Shown here in pieces: positions 9,994-19,608 of a stretch of DNA of 59,966 nt. Location: IMG/VR virus record IMGVR_UViG_3300046000_004102, positions 1-59,966 of that record; one strand, given 5' to 3'. This stretch comes from a virus. Taxonomy: Duplodnaviria > Caudoviricetes. The notes beneath the pieces are model-generated. The model searched no databases. It was given only the letters and a program-made list of their open reading frames with translations, and was not told where the DNA came from. Made by a program: the position numbers and the translations under genes. The number at the start of each line of letters is the position of its first letter. Within the stretch, counting starts at the first letter, position 1.

Positions 9994-12246
9994 TCAGCGC
10001 CTGCCATCAGGACGACGGTCAAAACGAGGATTACCTAGCTGCCAAGCAACACCTAATGAATCAGACTCAATTCTAAAGCTCATCTGTCTACCGCGTAGCC
10101 TTGTGTAAACCTGTCCTGTAAATTGTTGTACTACGTACACGCTTGAGTTAGGTGGGTAAGGAGGAGCATAATTATCTGAGCTTGTTACCACAGGCGCATC
10201 TGCTGTACCATATGGTGCACCGGAATTTTGTCTAGGAACTATAGTAATAGTCACATGGGGATTATTAACAGCCGATCCGTTAAAGTTTACGTCAGGGAGC
10301 ATACGCCATACAAAACCAAAGCTTTGACCATCTTCAATATCAAAGTCGGAAGACTGCACATAAGCGGCAATAGGCTCAGTGGTAAGCCCTGCATTATCAT
10401 CTACAGAAGACTCGTGATAAAGCATACGGTTATTATAATCTGCAGCCATAGGGTATGGGCGTATACCTGAATCTAACCACGCAGACCGAGCCATAGTGCC
10501 TGAATACCACACATTGTCTAAGTAGTTATAAATTACATAGCGATCAACTACAGTTGTATCTTCGGAGCAATAAAACCACCACACTTCGTTATAGCCTGAG
10601 TTACCTCCAGCAAATACCTGATAGCCTTGAGCTGAGTTAAGGTCTTCAAACACATACTGCTTTAGTGTACAGTTAAGAGTTTGTACTGTACCGTTATAGA
10701 CATAAAACTTATCAAGCCCCATCCAGTACGTAGCGTTGTTTACAGTAATAGCTGCGTTAGGAGATATAATAGAGATGTTATCCATTAACACATCAAACTT
10801 ATACACATATGGAGGACCTAAATACTGCATAGTATAAAGACAGGAGTCTGTCCAAATTAAGTTCTCTTGCCGAGTCACTTCTGCTGCGACAATATATGAC
10901 CCATGTGTAAGTCTAAACTCACCAGATTGGTTAGTAATAGTAGGCACCCAATCATAAGGGAGAGCTTGATCTGACCAACGTACAAGCATAGGATCAAACG
11001 CAGTTACTGGAGAAGCAGGGTACGGTGCATAAGAATTTGCGCCAAAAGCTATAACAAACCGTTGTAAAGCTGAAGCAAGGATTTGATTAGTAGCAATAGG
11101 AACATATGAGCCGTAGGGCACTGTGTAACCGCTTTCAGAGGTATTACCCAAAGCTGCTGTAGATAAATCAGATAAAAGCTGTGCTCTAGTCCCAACTCCT
11201 GTTATATCCTGCCAATAATATATAGCCCCACCACGAGGTGCAATAACAAGGTCTTGTCCATAGTTATCATTAGACCAAAGACGTAACTGTTCACCTATAC
11301 CTGTAATGTATGCAGAGCCCCAACCATGTGCAATTTCAGAGTTTTTAGAGACAACAACTGTACCACCCGATGCTGCTGTAGAAGATGTAGTATAAGTTAG
11401 AGAACCTATTACAGTAGATATAGTGTAAGTGTTTAAACCTGTGACAGTTACTTGAAAAGCTTTTTGCAGAACAAGATTTAATATTCCACACGCATTAGAA
11501 GCAATACTATTAAAGTATACGTAATCTCCGGTAGTTAAGCCGTGAGCTGTTTGAGTAACTGTTAGTACAGATATGCCCGTACCTGTAGCAGTAAATGGAT
11601 TTGTAAGTGTAGTAGATACATAAGGAGCATAAGGTCCTGCACCCCAACCAGTACCTATAACATATACATCTAAACCTGTTAAGATTTGAAACACTGCGGT
11701 TATAGCTGTGCCACCACCTGTTGCTACACTTGTAGCACTTGTACTTACAACAAAACTAAAGGTATTAGAATCAATAAAGGTTATCTGATGTTCGCCGTTT
11801 AATTCAGATGCAGGTATGCCGCCTACAGCAGTAGCTCCAGAAAACGTAACAAAATCATTTTGTGTTGCGCCATGCGCAATAATAGTTACTCTAACTACAT
11901 TAGCCGTTCCTACAGTTGTGTTTGTAGTAAAGCAATTGTTAGTAGCTGGAGAAGTAAACGTAGCTCTAATAGGGGTGATATCATTATAGTCGCCACCACG
12001 TTCCACGTAGTATTTAAGGTTAGTACCTACGCCCAAATAGTTAGAGCCATCAAAGTCAATCCAGTTCCATAAAGACCTTGCAACACCTTGGTAAGTAGAG
12101 TTGGAAAGCCTTGACCATCCGCCTATTTTTTCAGGGTTGCCAGAACGAAAGCGTATCTTATCACCATCGTACCAACCGCCTTCGTTAGAATAATTAGTTC
12201 CCTCTCTATTAAGTCCGGCTCGTAGTGCTAATTTCTGTAATGGCAT
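9994..12246 (-). CDS. Tail hub/nozzle (P22 gp10-like DNA stabilisation) protein
   Basis: 750 aa, beta-propeller-like; KIRFR.G.PEKIGGW, RWSDQ, EVWWFY motifs; two AHG..GD.V.F insertion domains. Confidence 0.7.
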   Translation of the reverse strand: MPLQKLALRAGLNREGTNYSNEGGWYDGDKIRFRSGNPEKIGGWSRLSNSTYQGVARSLWNWIDFDGSNYLGVGTNLKYYVERGGDYNDITPIRATFTSPATNNCFTTNTTVGTANVVRVTIIAHGATQNDFVTFSGATAVGGIPASELNGEHQITFIDSNTFSFVVSTSATSVATGGGTAITAVFQILTGLDVYVIGTGWGAGPYAPYVSTTLTNPFTATGTGISVLTVTQTAHGLTTGDYVYFNSIASNACGILNLVLQKAFQVTVTGLNTYTISTVIGSLTYTTSSTAASGGTVVVSKNSEIAHGWGSAYITGIGEQLRLWSNDNYGQDLVIAPRGGAIYYWQDITGVGTRAQLLSDLSTAALGNTSESGYTVPYGSYVPIATNQILASALQRFVIAFGANSYAPYPASPVTAFDPMLVRWSDQALPYDWVPTITNQSGEFRLTHGSYIVAAEVTRQENLIWTDSCLYTMQYLGPPYVYKFDVLMDNISIISPNAAITVNNATYWMGLDKFYVYNGTVQTLNCTLKQYVFEDLNSAQGYQVFAGGNSGYNEVWWFYCSEDTTVVDRYVIYNYLDNVWYSGTMARSAWLDSGIRPYPMAADYNNRMLYHESSVDDNAGLTTEPIAAYVQSSDFDIEDGQSFGFVWRMLPDVNFNGSAVNNPHVTITIVPRQNSGAPYGTADAPVVTSSDNYAPPYPPNSSVYVVQQFTGQVYTRLRGRQMSFRIESDSLGVAWQLGNPRFDRRPDGRR

Positions 12247-12362
12247 AACCTGTCCTTATAATTCAATGACTTATCAAATATAATATTAAATACTTTATAT
12301 ATTAGGTCTTTTATTTTGTTTGTGTTATAGTAGCTTTTTCTACTTAATTGAAGGTGGTTGCT

Positions 12363-13016
12363 ATGATAACTTATGTATATATTTGGAAAGACACAAACCG
12401 AGTTCCATTTTACGTTGGGTGTACGACTTCTACAAGAAGATTTAAACCCGGCGCAGTTAGAACTACTGGGAGGACACAGGCGTGTAGAGCTAAGGTAGAG
12501 CAAATTGGGGCAACCAATGTTATTGTGGAACTTCATACATGCACCTCTATTGAAGCAGCTATAGAGTTGGAAAGACACTTTATAGAACTATATGGTAGAT
12601 TGCGTATAGGTACGGGCACATTGGTTAATGTTACTGCTGGCGGAGAGCACCAAACAGAAGCCGCTAGAAAAAAGATGAGTATAAAATCACTACAGTACCA
12701 AGAAAAAATAAATCCCGGCCATACTCCAAAACCACCAAAGAAAACAAAAGAGGAAATAGCAGCAATTAGAAGTGCAAATATGAAGTCTTTAAACGCCAAT
12801 GTAGATTTTACAGAACAGCGATTGGTGGCAATTAGTTCACCAGAAACACGAGAGAAAATAAGTCTCGGTGTATACGCGTCTATGGAGCAACGACTAGCAA
12901 CTATGCAAACACCAGAAGTGCAAGCAAAGCTACGTAAACCTAAATCAGCAGAGCACAACAAGAAAGTCTCCGATGCTAAAAAACTTTGGTGGGCTAATAA
13001 AAAAGCGGGACTGTAA
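12363..13016 (+). CDS. GIY-YIG homing endonuclease with NUMOD3-like C-terminal repeats, antisense to the late operon
   Basis: YVY..KD....FYVG, conserved R, E..A.ELE..FI..YGR, L.N.T.GGE; C-terminal KSAEHNKKVS; ATG 12363 follows a gaaggtgg RBS. Confidence 0.8.
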   Translation: MITYVYIWKDTNRVPFYVGCTTSTRRFKPGAVRTTGRTQACRAKVEQIGATNVIVELHTCTSIEAAIELERHFIELYGRLRIGTGTLVNVTAGGEHQTEAARKKMSIKSLQYQEKINPGHTPKPPKKTKEEIAAIRSANMKSLNANVDFTEQRLVAISSPETREKISLGVYASMEQRLATMQTPEVQAKLRKPKSAEHNKKVSDAKKLWWANKKAGL

Positions 13017-13025
13017 TGGCATAGT

Positions 13026-13562
13026 CTATCCTATCAATGTTTTAGCTGTTATATCAACAGCATTAGTACGTGCTAACCAACCCTTACCGTATATAGGAAA
13101 CGAGGGAAGACCTCTATAAAATGCTTCTTTAGCTTGTGTGTACTTATTAATAAGTTCTTTACCGCTTGCAGCTTTCACTGCTTGTAATGTCTTTGGACCT
13201 ATAGCACCATCCGCTGTTACGCCTACGGCTGTTTGTAGTGTTTTTATCGCACGTCCGGCCCCTGCATTGATAGCAAAATCAAAAGCAAGATAGTCAATAC
13301 CACTGGGTAGATCATCGCCATATACAGCATCCCAATATTTGTGTTTATAAAATGGAGCAACCTTTTCAGGTGTTAAAGCTTTCATATCAGCTGTGCTGAC
13401 TTTGTGCCCTACATAAGCTTCCCACACTGCTTGAGTTACACCTAGATTAGTACAGCCTTTTCTACCGTCAGGTAACTTATTACCATTGTCTCTAGGGTCA
13501 TCTTGAAACCCTCCTTCACTTTTAAGAATATGGTCTAAAGCTGATTTATAATTAGTTTCCAT
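13026..13562 (-). CDS. Endolysin, glycoside hydrolase family 108 with peptidoglycan-binding C-terminus
   Basis: EGG..DD..D.G....TNLGVT, FDFAIN.G, LQ..VGV.ADG.IGPKTL, YGKGWLAR. Confidence 0.9.
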   Translation of the reverse strand: METNYKSALDHILKSEGGFQDDPRDNGNKLPDGRKGCTNLGVTQAVWEAYVGHKVSTADMKALTPEKVAPFYKHKYWDAVYGDDLPSGIDYLAFDFAINAGAGRAIKTLQTAVGVTADGAIGPKTLQAVKAASGKELINKYTQAKEAFYRGLPSFPIYGKGWLARTNAVDITAKTLIG

Positions 13563-14070
13563 CAAGATCACAAAATATCTGTAGGCTTTCTCTTAAAGGA
13601 GCCTGTAAGTTAGACATATTAGTTGTATGCCATACGGGGGGTTCAAAACATATAGATTTATTATACTCAGGGTAAACTGTTATAAACTGCTTGCCAGTAT
13701 CCTCATAAACAAATGCTCCTCCCCAATTCATGTCCCACTGTTTGTTTAGGTATACAGTCATGGCAAAAGTATGTGGATTATCATTATGCCATTGAATAAA
13801 ACTAAACCGACCCCCTAGTACATACATTGCAGTTAAAGGGCCGTAATCATCTATGTTAGGTATATGTTTTTTAACTTCAGCTTTAACCTCAGCCAATAAC
13901 TCATCTTTTAAATCGTATAGTAAAATAGCACCACTTGTCCCTATCAAATCTGGGTTCCAAGATGTTAAATTTGTTCTTACATTTTTCTGAGTATAGGAAT
14001 ATGTTTTAATCTTATCCATTAACTCTATAGGCAACATGTTGTGTATAGTTTTTAACTTGGGACTCATCAT
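13552..14070 (-). CDS. 2OG-Fe(II) oxygenase (prolyl-hydroxylase-like)
   Basis: WHND (HxD), YLN..WD..WGG, P.YN, WH, R.SLQ.F. Confidence 0.85.
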   Translation of the reverse strand: MMSPKLKTIHNMLPIELMDKIKTYSYTQKNVRTNLTSWNPDLIGTSGAILLYDLKDELLAEVKAEVKKHIPNIDDYGPLTAMYVLGGRFSFIQWHNDNPHTFAMTVYLNKQWDMNWGGAFVYEDTGKQFITVYPEYNKSICFEPPVWHTTNMSNLQAPLRESLQIFCDLDGN

Positions 14071-14642
14071 TTGAACCATGTTATTATAGAGTATCGAGTA
14101 CCGCTGATGATGGGCATAACTTCGTGTGGGTACATATAATTTGAAGGGAACATTATTACATCACCTTTAGATAAACTATATTTAATACGTCTGTCAAAGA
14201 ATGCAAACTCACCACCTGTGTAATCATCATTAAGCAACATAGAGCATGATACCGTTCTAGTAATCTTAGAGAAAGAATCTATATGGGACAAACAATAACC
14301 ACCTGTGTGATATTTTAATAAGTCATACCCACTGTCTTCACTTGTATTACAATTTGGAAATATCTCTTTATATTTTGTAATACACTCTGCAGCCACTGCA
14401 AACAATTCGTTATCTATCTCCTGCCGTACAAAAGCTTTGTGAAGATTATTCCTATGCGAAGTATATAATATACTACAGTTCCTAGCATCATTGGACGGAT
14501 ATGTTTTTATGTTTGGGTAACCTGCATTCGGAAGTTCCCAATCGTTAGAGTCTTTATATGTACTAACAATCTTCTCACATAAGTCTTTACATACCGCATC
14601 TTTAATAACAACAATATAATCTTCTAAAAATTTAGTTTCCAT
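14067..14642 (-). CDS. 2OG-Fe(II) oxygenase (prolyl-hydroxylase-like)
   Basis: Y..GG....HID, LNDDY.GGEF, FPS..YPHEV.P..SGTRYSI.TWF. Confidence 0.9.
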   Translation of the reverse strand: METKFLEDYIVVIKDAVCKDLCEKIVSTYKDSNDWELPNAGYPNIKTYPSNDARNCSILYTSHRNNLHKAFVRQEIDNELFAVAAECITKYKEIFPNCNTSEDSGYDLLKYHTGGYCLSHIDSFSKITRTVSCSMLLNDDYTGGEFAFFDRRIKYSLSKGDVIMFPSNYMYPHEVMPIISGTRYSIITWFK

Positions 14643-14937
14643 CTAATAAATTTTGTTGAACTTGCGCTAACAGTATTTGCTGACTTGTTTGATTTGCCGA
14701 GGTCATTTCATTTCTAAAAGACTCAACCGCTGCGCTAGTAGATCTTTGTTGCATCGAGTTCTCAACCAATAAAGTTGGAACCCACCGCATAGCACAACCT
14801 TCCTCGTCTACTCGCTCACCTGTATTTGGGTTAGTTCCGGCAAGTTTAATAAACCATGCGCACTTGTGTATCGCCCCATCTTTAATTTCTGTACAAGTAG
14901 ACCCTAAAGGACATGTGAGAATTGTTTTAATTTCCAT
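14632..14937 (-). CDS. Conserved Cys-rich phage protein
   Basis: CPL...C...CAW...G.NP.TG....GCA..W.P.L..EN....R...AAVESFRNEM. Confidence 0.65.
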   Translation of the reverse strand: MEIKTILTCPLGSTCTEIKDGAIHKCAWFIKLAGTNPNTGERVDEEGCAMRWVPTLLVENSMQQRSTSAAVESFRNEMTSANQTSQQILLAQVQQNLLDGN

Positions 14938-14941
14938 TTAA

Positions 14942-15178
14942 TCAGCCTGATATAGGTACTAATTGCTCTTTAGTGATATGGCTTTCATCTGCATCTACAA
15001 CATCCCATGTTGTGCCGTTCCATTTTGCTTCTTTACCTTTAGGTATATTTGCAGGAGGTGCAACTAAAGTGCTATTTGGCGGAAGATGGATATCATGATC
15101 TTTGTGTTTAGGAAACTGATATTCACCTACAAAATGTTTATTAGCCCCATACTGGTATGTTTTAACTAAAACTTCCAT
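14942..15178 (-). CDS. Tail fibre assembly-like protein
   Basis: LPPNST..APP....G..A.WNG..W pattern (Tfa-like), directly downstream of a tail fibre. Confidence 0.55.
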   Translation of the reverse strand: MEVLVKTYQYGANKHFVGEYQFPKHKDHDIHLPPNSTLVAPPANIPKGKEAKWNGTTWDVVDADESHITKEQLVPISG

Positions 15179-15187
15179 AAATACTCC

Positions 15188-16315
15188 TTAAGATTTATAA
15201 CACATAATATTTGATAAATAACGAGGTGTCCAGTTTGTCTGACTAGAGCCCCCATCTGTACTACCTGAGTGAGAATGGTCATTAGACGTACCACCTGTGT
15301 ATATCCCTGTAGCTGCTGCAGCAGTGCTGTGGGTTCCGTTCCATTCTTGAAATGATGTTGTACCTGATGGGGAACCCCGTATAACTTGTACACCCGGATC
15401 ACTGTGCGAATGTCCAGGATCCCCTATACCATGTGAGTGGTTAGCAGATTGTCCACCCGTAGAGAAACCATGAGTATGGTAAGGAACCACATTCATTGTT
15501 AACGGACTTTGCACACCGCCAGATCCACCACCTGCTCCTGACACTATGTAAAGCATAAAATCGTTAAGATCGGTTCGTTGCACCCAGCCAGTTGGTGCTG
15601 CCGCTTGAAAAAAGTTTGTTGTTGTACCAGCTGGCATTTGATTCCAAGTGCCGTTTAAGTTAGAGGCTGTAGTAGCGTTACCTGCTGTTAAGCTTGCGGC
15701 TGTGCCTGTTATGTTCGTACCAACAAGTGTAGTGGGTGTACCTAAGTTTGGAGTAACTAAAGTAGGACTTGTTGCAAATACTGCAGCGCCTGACCCTGTT
15801 TCATCACTTACAGCAGTGGCTAATTGCGCAGAAGTAATAGGACCAAATGATATAGTATTTGTAGCTCCTACAACACCAACCGAGATACCAGTTCCAGCAG
15901 CTACTAAAGTTTGTGTTAAAGCTAAATTAAAGTTAGTGCCATCGCAGTACACAGAACTTGTAACACCATTAGGTATGGATACACTTGATCCACTAGGCGC
16001 TCTAATATTGATAGCAAAGCCGCCAGTTGTGTTGTTTTTTATGGTATAAACTTTAGGCGTTAAAGGTGCGATAATGTCTCTAACTGCAGCGTTAGTACCA
16101 CTAACAACTAGAACTGCTTTACGGGCTTCGTCTGATACACCGTTGTAATTAGATAGAGTGTAGTTTGCATCAGTCATTGTTATAGCTTGAACACCTGCTA
16201 TAGACTGCTCTAAAAGAGTACCGAGGTTGTTGTTTGTAGTGGTGCCCCACACACCAGACTGTTCACCAGAACCGGGAAGCTCTATGCGTAATGAGGGAGA
16301 ATAAGAACTTGGCAT
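15188..16315 (-). CDS. Tail fibre protein with His-x-His metal-binding tip and collar-like motif
   Basis: AAPTGW collar-like motif; HTH, HSH, HSH, HSH repeats as in T4 gp12/gp37 tips. Confidence 0.75.
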   Translation of the reverse strand: MPSSYSPSLRIELPGSGEQSGVWGTTTNNNLGTLLEQSIAGVQAITMTDANYTLSNYNGVSDEARKAVLVVSGTNAAVRDIIAPLTPKVYTIKNNTTGGFAINIRAPSGSSVSIPNGVTSSVYCDGTNFNLALTQTLVAAGTGISVGVVGATNTISFGPITSAQLATAVSDETGSGAAVFATSPTLVTPNLGTPTTLVGTNITGTAASLTAGNATTASNLNGTWNQMPAGTTTNFFQAAAPTGWVQRTDLNDFMLYIVSGAGGGSGGVQSPLTMNVVPYHTHGFSTGGQSANHSHGIGDPGHSHSDPGVQVIRGSPSGTTSFQEWNGTHSTAAAATGIYTGGTSNDHSHSGSTDGGSSQTNWTPRYLSNIMCYKS

Positions 16316-16338
16316 AAAAGTTATCCTTTATTTAATGG

Positions 16339-16674
16339 TTATACAACCCACGGTAATGGTTGTGGTGTTGGAATTACACTAGGGTTTAATGTGCTTGTTA
16401 TTTGGCTTTGTATAGAGGCTTCGGCATTAGTAACACCTGCTACACCTAATGTAGCCTGAACCCAACCTATGACCTCATCTTCAGTTAAATCTTTATAAGG
16501 GGTATAGCCTTGCCCTTGTGTCAATGTAAATTGAGAACTGCTATTTAATGACCCTTGCACACCTAGCTCATCTTTACCTACTAGGGTCCATTGCGCCAAC
16601 ACAACTACGTCCAGTTTGTTATCAACTTTAGGTACTGTTGAAAGGCTTGTTATAGACCATATATAAGTTATCAT
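16339..16674 (-). CDS. Tail-associated hypothetical protein
   Basis: PY.DLTE..VIGWV..LG....PLPW pattern common next to phage fibres. Confidence 0.55.
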   Translation of the reverse strand: MITYIWSITSLSTVPKVDNKLDVVVLAQWTLVGKDELGVQGSLNSSSQFTLTQGQGYTPYKDLTEDEVIGWVQATLGVAGVTNAEASIQSQITSTLNPSVIPTPQPLPWVV

Positions 16675-16687
16675 TATACACCAAACA

Positions 16688-16849
16688 TTAATCTTTTAAC
16701 ATCATACCAAGTCCACCAGCTACACCACTAGCAAGTAACAGCAGTTGGTCTATAGGTTTGCCCATAAAAATCAAGATCGCACCTGTAATAGCTGTAGCTA
16801 CCCAAATAAGCCCACGTTTTGTTGATGCTTCCGTCCAATCAAATTTCAT
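16688..16849 (-). CDS. Small two-TM membrane protein, putative holin
   Basis: Manual translation MKFDWTEASTKRGLIWVATAITGAILIFMGKPIDQLLLLASGVAGGLGMMLKD (53 aa); RBS aggt. Confidence 0.55.
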   Translation of the reverse strand: MKFDWTEASTKRGLIWVATAITGAILIFMGKPIDQLLLLASGVAGGLGMMLKD

Positions 16850-16865
16850 CTATATACCTTCTATA

Positions 16866-17765
16866 TTATTGGTTATCATCTATTTGCACCCAGTTAGGGT
16901 TTTGGTCATCAGAAATACTGTTCCAAGACTGTGTTTGATTGTTATTAATTGCAGTCCATATACTGTTTTGGTTGTCATCAATTTTTATCCAACCTGTTGT
17001 ATACCCATTATCTAGTAAAAATACAACTTCATCAATAGTGGATCTAAATTGAGCAGTTACAGCATCTATATCATTGCTTCTTAACGCTTCTTCAACTGAT
17101 TGTACAAATCCTGCAATAATAGTCCTAGCGTCGTCTGATGAAAAGTTTTCTACTATAGTAAAGAAAAGCGCACTACCGATAAGTATTACATCATTGGCAG
17201 ATATGTTTTCAGCAATGCTTGATGAAAATTGAGCTAATATTGTTCTTTGATCTTCTACAGTTATAGGCTCTGAAACAGACTGTGCGAATTGAGCTAAGAT
17301 TGTAGGTGTGTCGTTTACGGTTATAGGCTCTGAAATAGACTGGTACATCTGTGCCAACATGGTTCGCACATCATCTATAGTAAAAGGCTCTACACGAGTC
17401 TGCAAGGCAGCAAAGTAAGGAACTAAAATGTCATTTGCTGTAATAGCTTCAGTTGGACTTTGCGCAAACCCTGCTCTAATTGTCGGTGTATCGGCTAACG
17501 ATACATTCTCTGCGAGTGTTTGGCCAAAAGTACTTAATTGAGTACTAGAATCTGCACTGGATATGGTCTCAACAATACCTCCGAAATACAACCCTGCATC
17601 AGAGTTGTTATCAGTCATAAGGACATTTTCAGCACGTGACAATAAAAACGCAGAAAGCTGACTATTAGAATCTGCTGAGTTGATATTTTCAGCCACAGTA
17701 AAACTATACGCACTACTAGATAACGTAGAGAAAGGCGTCTTTGAGAATGGAGCTATACCAAACAT
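16866..17765 (-). CDS. Structural protein with about 12 tandem 20-residue repeats
   Basis: Period-20 xxE-x-hydrophobic-xxx-D repeats; MFG..PFS..PFS N-terminus and W..I.D.Q C-terminal repeats. Confidence 0.65.
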   Translation of the reverse strand: MFGIAPFSKTPFSTLSSSAYSFTVAENINSADSNSQLSAFLLSRAENVLMTDNNSDAGLYFGGIVETISSADSSTQLSTFGQTLAENVSLADTPTIRAGFAQSPTEAITANDILVPYFAALQTRVEPFTIDDVRTMLAQMYQSISEPITVNDTPTILAQFAQSVSEPITVEDQRTILAQFSSSIAENISANDVILIGSALFFTIVENFSSDDARTIIAGFVQSVEEALRSNDIDAVTAQFRSTIDEVVFLLDNGYTTGWIKIDDNQNSIWTAINNNQTQSWNSISDDQNPNWVQIDDNQ

Positions 17766-17926
17766 CAGCCCTTCAACTGCTCATCAGTGGGTTTAGGAAG
17801 CTCATGATTCCACTCTTTTATATAATCACCATTACCATCACTGTCATTCTGTAAACGTATGGTTGTCATGAAGTCATCTTGAGTTAGCTCAGGATAAAGT
17901 GCCATTATCTTTTCGTATAAGTTCAT
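17765..17926 (-). CDS. XkdW-like small tail-fibre-associated protein
   Basis: Manual translation MNLYEKIMALYPELTQDDFMTTIRLQNDSDGNGDYIKEWNHELPKPTDEQLKG. Confidence 0.6.
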   Translation of the reverse strand: MNLYEKIMALYPELTQDDFMTTIRLQNDSDGNGDYIKEWNHELPKPTDEQLKG

Positions 17927-17927
17927 G

Positions 17928-18461
17928 TTATGCACTCCTTACTAAACAAGCATCAAACCATGTTCCACCACCTGGGGAAATAATTGCTGTTGTTGCAATA
18001 ATATATCCATAACACTCAATATAATCTGTTGAGCCATTCATATAAACAATAGAGCTACATACGCTAGTAAAAGAACTTCCTGCAACTGTTCCAAGATTTC
18101 CTCCATATCTATAACCAGAACCATTTTTATATATGCTTGGTAAAACTCTAGTTGCTGCGGTAGATGCTCCTGCATCAATAGAACAACTTACTTGATAATA
18201 CCCAGCTACAGTTGGAGTGAATCTATATGTTGAGGTATTGTAATTTGAATTTGTATCCCATTCTTCTGTATTAAAATTTACTTTAGTAAACGTAGAACTT
18301 GTAATTGTTTGTGTCACACTCTGATAAGCACTAAACGCTGGGCCATTCACCATCACCGTCCCTGTTTGCGCTGGCAAAGTTAAGACCGTGCTCCCTGCAA
18401 CCGCTGGTGCTTGGAGTGTACAAGTTCCGCTGGTATCTCCTGCTATAACTACACTACTCAT
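17928..18461 (-). CDS. Short tail fibre/spike with C1q-like domain
   Basis: [35 protein letters not shown]. Confidence 0.7.
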   Translation of the reverse strand: MSSVVIAGDTSGTCTLQAPAVAGSTVLTLPAQTGTVMVNGPAFSAYQSVTQTITSSTFTKVNFNTEEWDTNSNYNTSTYRFTPTVAGYYQVSCSIDAGASTAATRVLPSIYKNGSGYRYGGNLGTVAGSSFTSVCSSIVYMNGSTDYIECYGYIIATTAIISPGGGTWFDACLVRSA

Positions 18462-18826
18462 AACTGTGATGCTCCTATAAACATTTGATCTATTTCTTCG
18501 TCTGACTTGCCTAAAATTTTAAGTACGTCATTAACTAGATAATTATTACGCTCAACAACCGTTGAGTATTCCCACCATATTTTATACTCAGGTGTAGATA
18601 AAGCAGCTTCAACATCATCAAGCAAACCATCAGCTAAAAGTGCTAACCTTGCTTGTCGCATTGATATGTCAGGTATGATTACAGGTGGTATGTCAGCAGG
18701 TTCAGGTGTGTTGCCTTCGTCAAGCCAGATTAGGTATTGTGCATAGTCTGTGTTAGCTGGATCGTTAGGGATACAAGCGTTATCTTCTATGCGGATTATT
18801 GATGTGTTGTTAGTTAGTTTATACAT
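18458..18826 (-). CDS. Tail fibre chaperone-like hypothetical protein
   Basis: IP.DP.N.DY..YL.W...GNTP.PAD plus RQARLAL...WEY...ID..F. Confidence 0.6.
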   Translation of the reverse strand: MYKLTNNTSIIRIEDNACIPNDPANTDYAQYLIWLDEGNTPEPADIPPVIIPDISMRQARLALLADGLLDDVEAALSTPEYKIWWEYSTVVERNNYLVNDVLKILGKSDEEIDQMFIGASQL

Positions 18827-18828
18827 TT

Positions 18829-19608
18829 TTATAGCTCCGCAGAAAGAGATGTATAAAATTCATACCAAACATAAGCTGAAAGAGTATTTGATTGAATTAT
18901 GATGCTATCTGTTGTTGTGCTTACACCTCCAGCATTAAAAGCAATATTGTTTCCTGAACTTGTAGTTAATTTATTTACATTACCAACAAAATCTACTACT
19001 AACACTGTTGGTGCAGACCTCATAAAAACAGGAAGAAGCCATGTCATATCTTGACTTGATGTTGAACAACCAGCATGATACCTGCGAGATGCTTGATAAT
19101 ATCGCTGACACAAAGCCAACTCAGTGCCATACGCACGTTGGTCAAAAGATGTTGCTACTGCTCCAAGTTCTAACTGAGGCTTGCTTAATGTGCCAGTATT
19201 AAACTCAACACTCATTGTTGAACCAGCAGTTTGACCTGTAATAACAATAGGACTAGCTGCATAAGAACCAGCAGGAGTAGCACTATTAACAGCGTATCGA
19301 GCTTGCGCTGTGCCTTCCCAAGACAATACATAACTTGTACCACTGACGTTCTTATCTTCAACAACTTGAATTAAAGACTTACCAGAAGCGATTGTAATCT
19401 GAGTATTTGACGCTAATTGAGTAAATGAATAATCACCGCCTGATGCACCAGCTTTCCATCTATCATGCCCATAAACACCTGATGCTAATGTAGCAGCAGA
19501 AACATAAGCCCGTTGATTGATAGTAAACCCTGCATCAATCAATAAATTCTTGTATGCAAAGTTGTTAGGTGTATTAATGCCACTTGTTCCATCTAGTGTG
19601 ATAGCCAT
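18829..19608 (-). CDS. Tail fibre / receptor-binding-like protein
   Basis: KNLLI...[28 protein letters not shown]. Confidence 0.65.
   Translation of the reverse strand: MAITLDGTSGINTPNNFAYKNLLIDAGFTINQRAYVSAATLASGVYGHDRWKAGASGGDYSFTQLASNTQITIASGKSLIQVVEDKNVSGTSYVLSWEGTAQARYAVNSATPAGSYAASPIVITGQTAGSTMSVEFNTGTLSKPQLELGAVATSFDQRAYGTELALCQRYYQASRRYHAGCSTSSQDMTWLLPVFMRSAPTVLVVDFVGNVNKLTTSSGNNIAFNAGGVSTTTDSIIIQSNTLSAYVWYEFYTSLSAEL

Noticed and set aside
12228-12961. Minus-strand ORFs 12228-12578 and 12533-12961, or a group I intron around the GIY-YIG gene
   Set aside because: The ORFs are shadows of the GIY-YIG gene. Both flanking genes are intact and no intron core was recognised.
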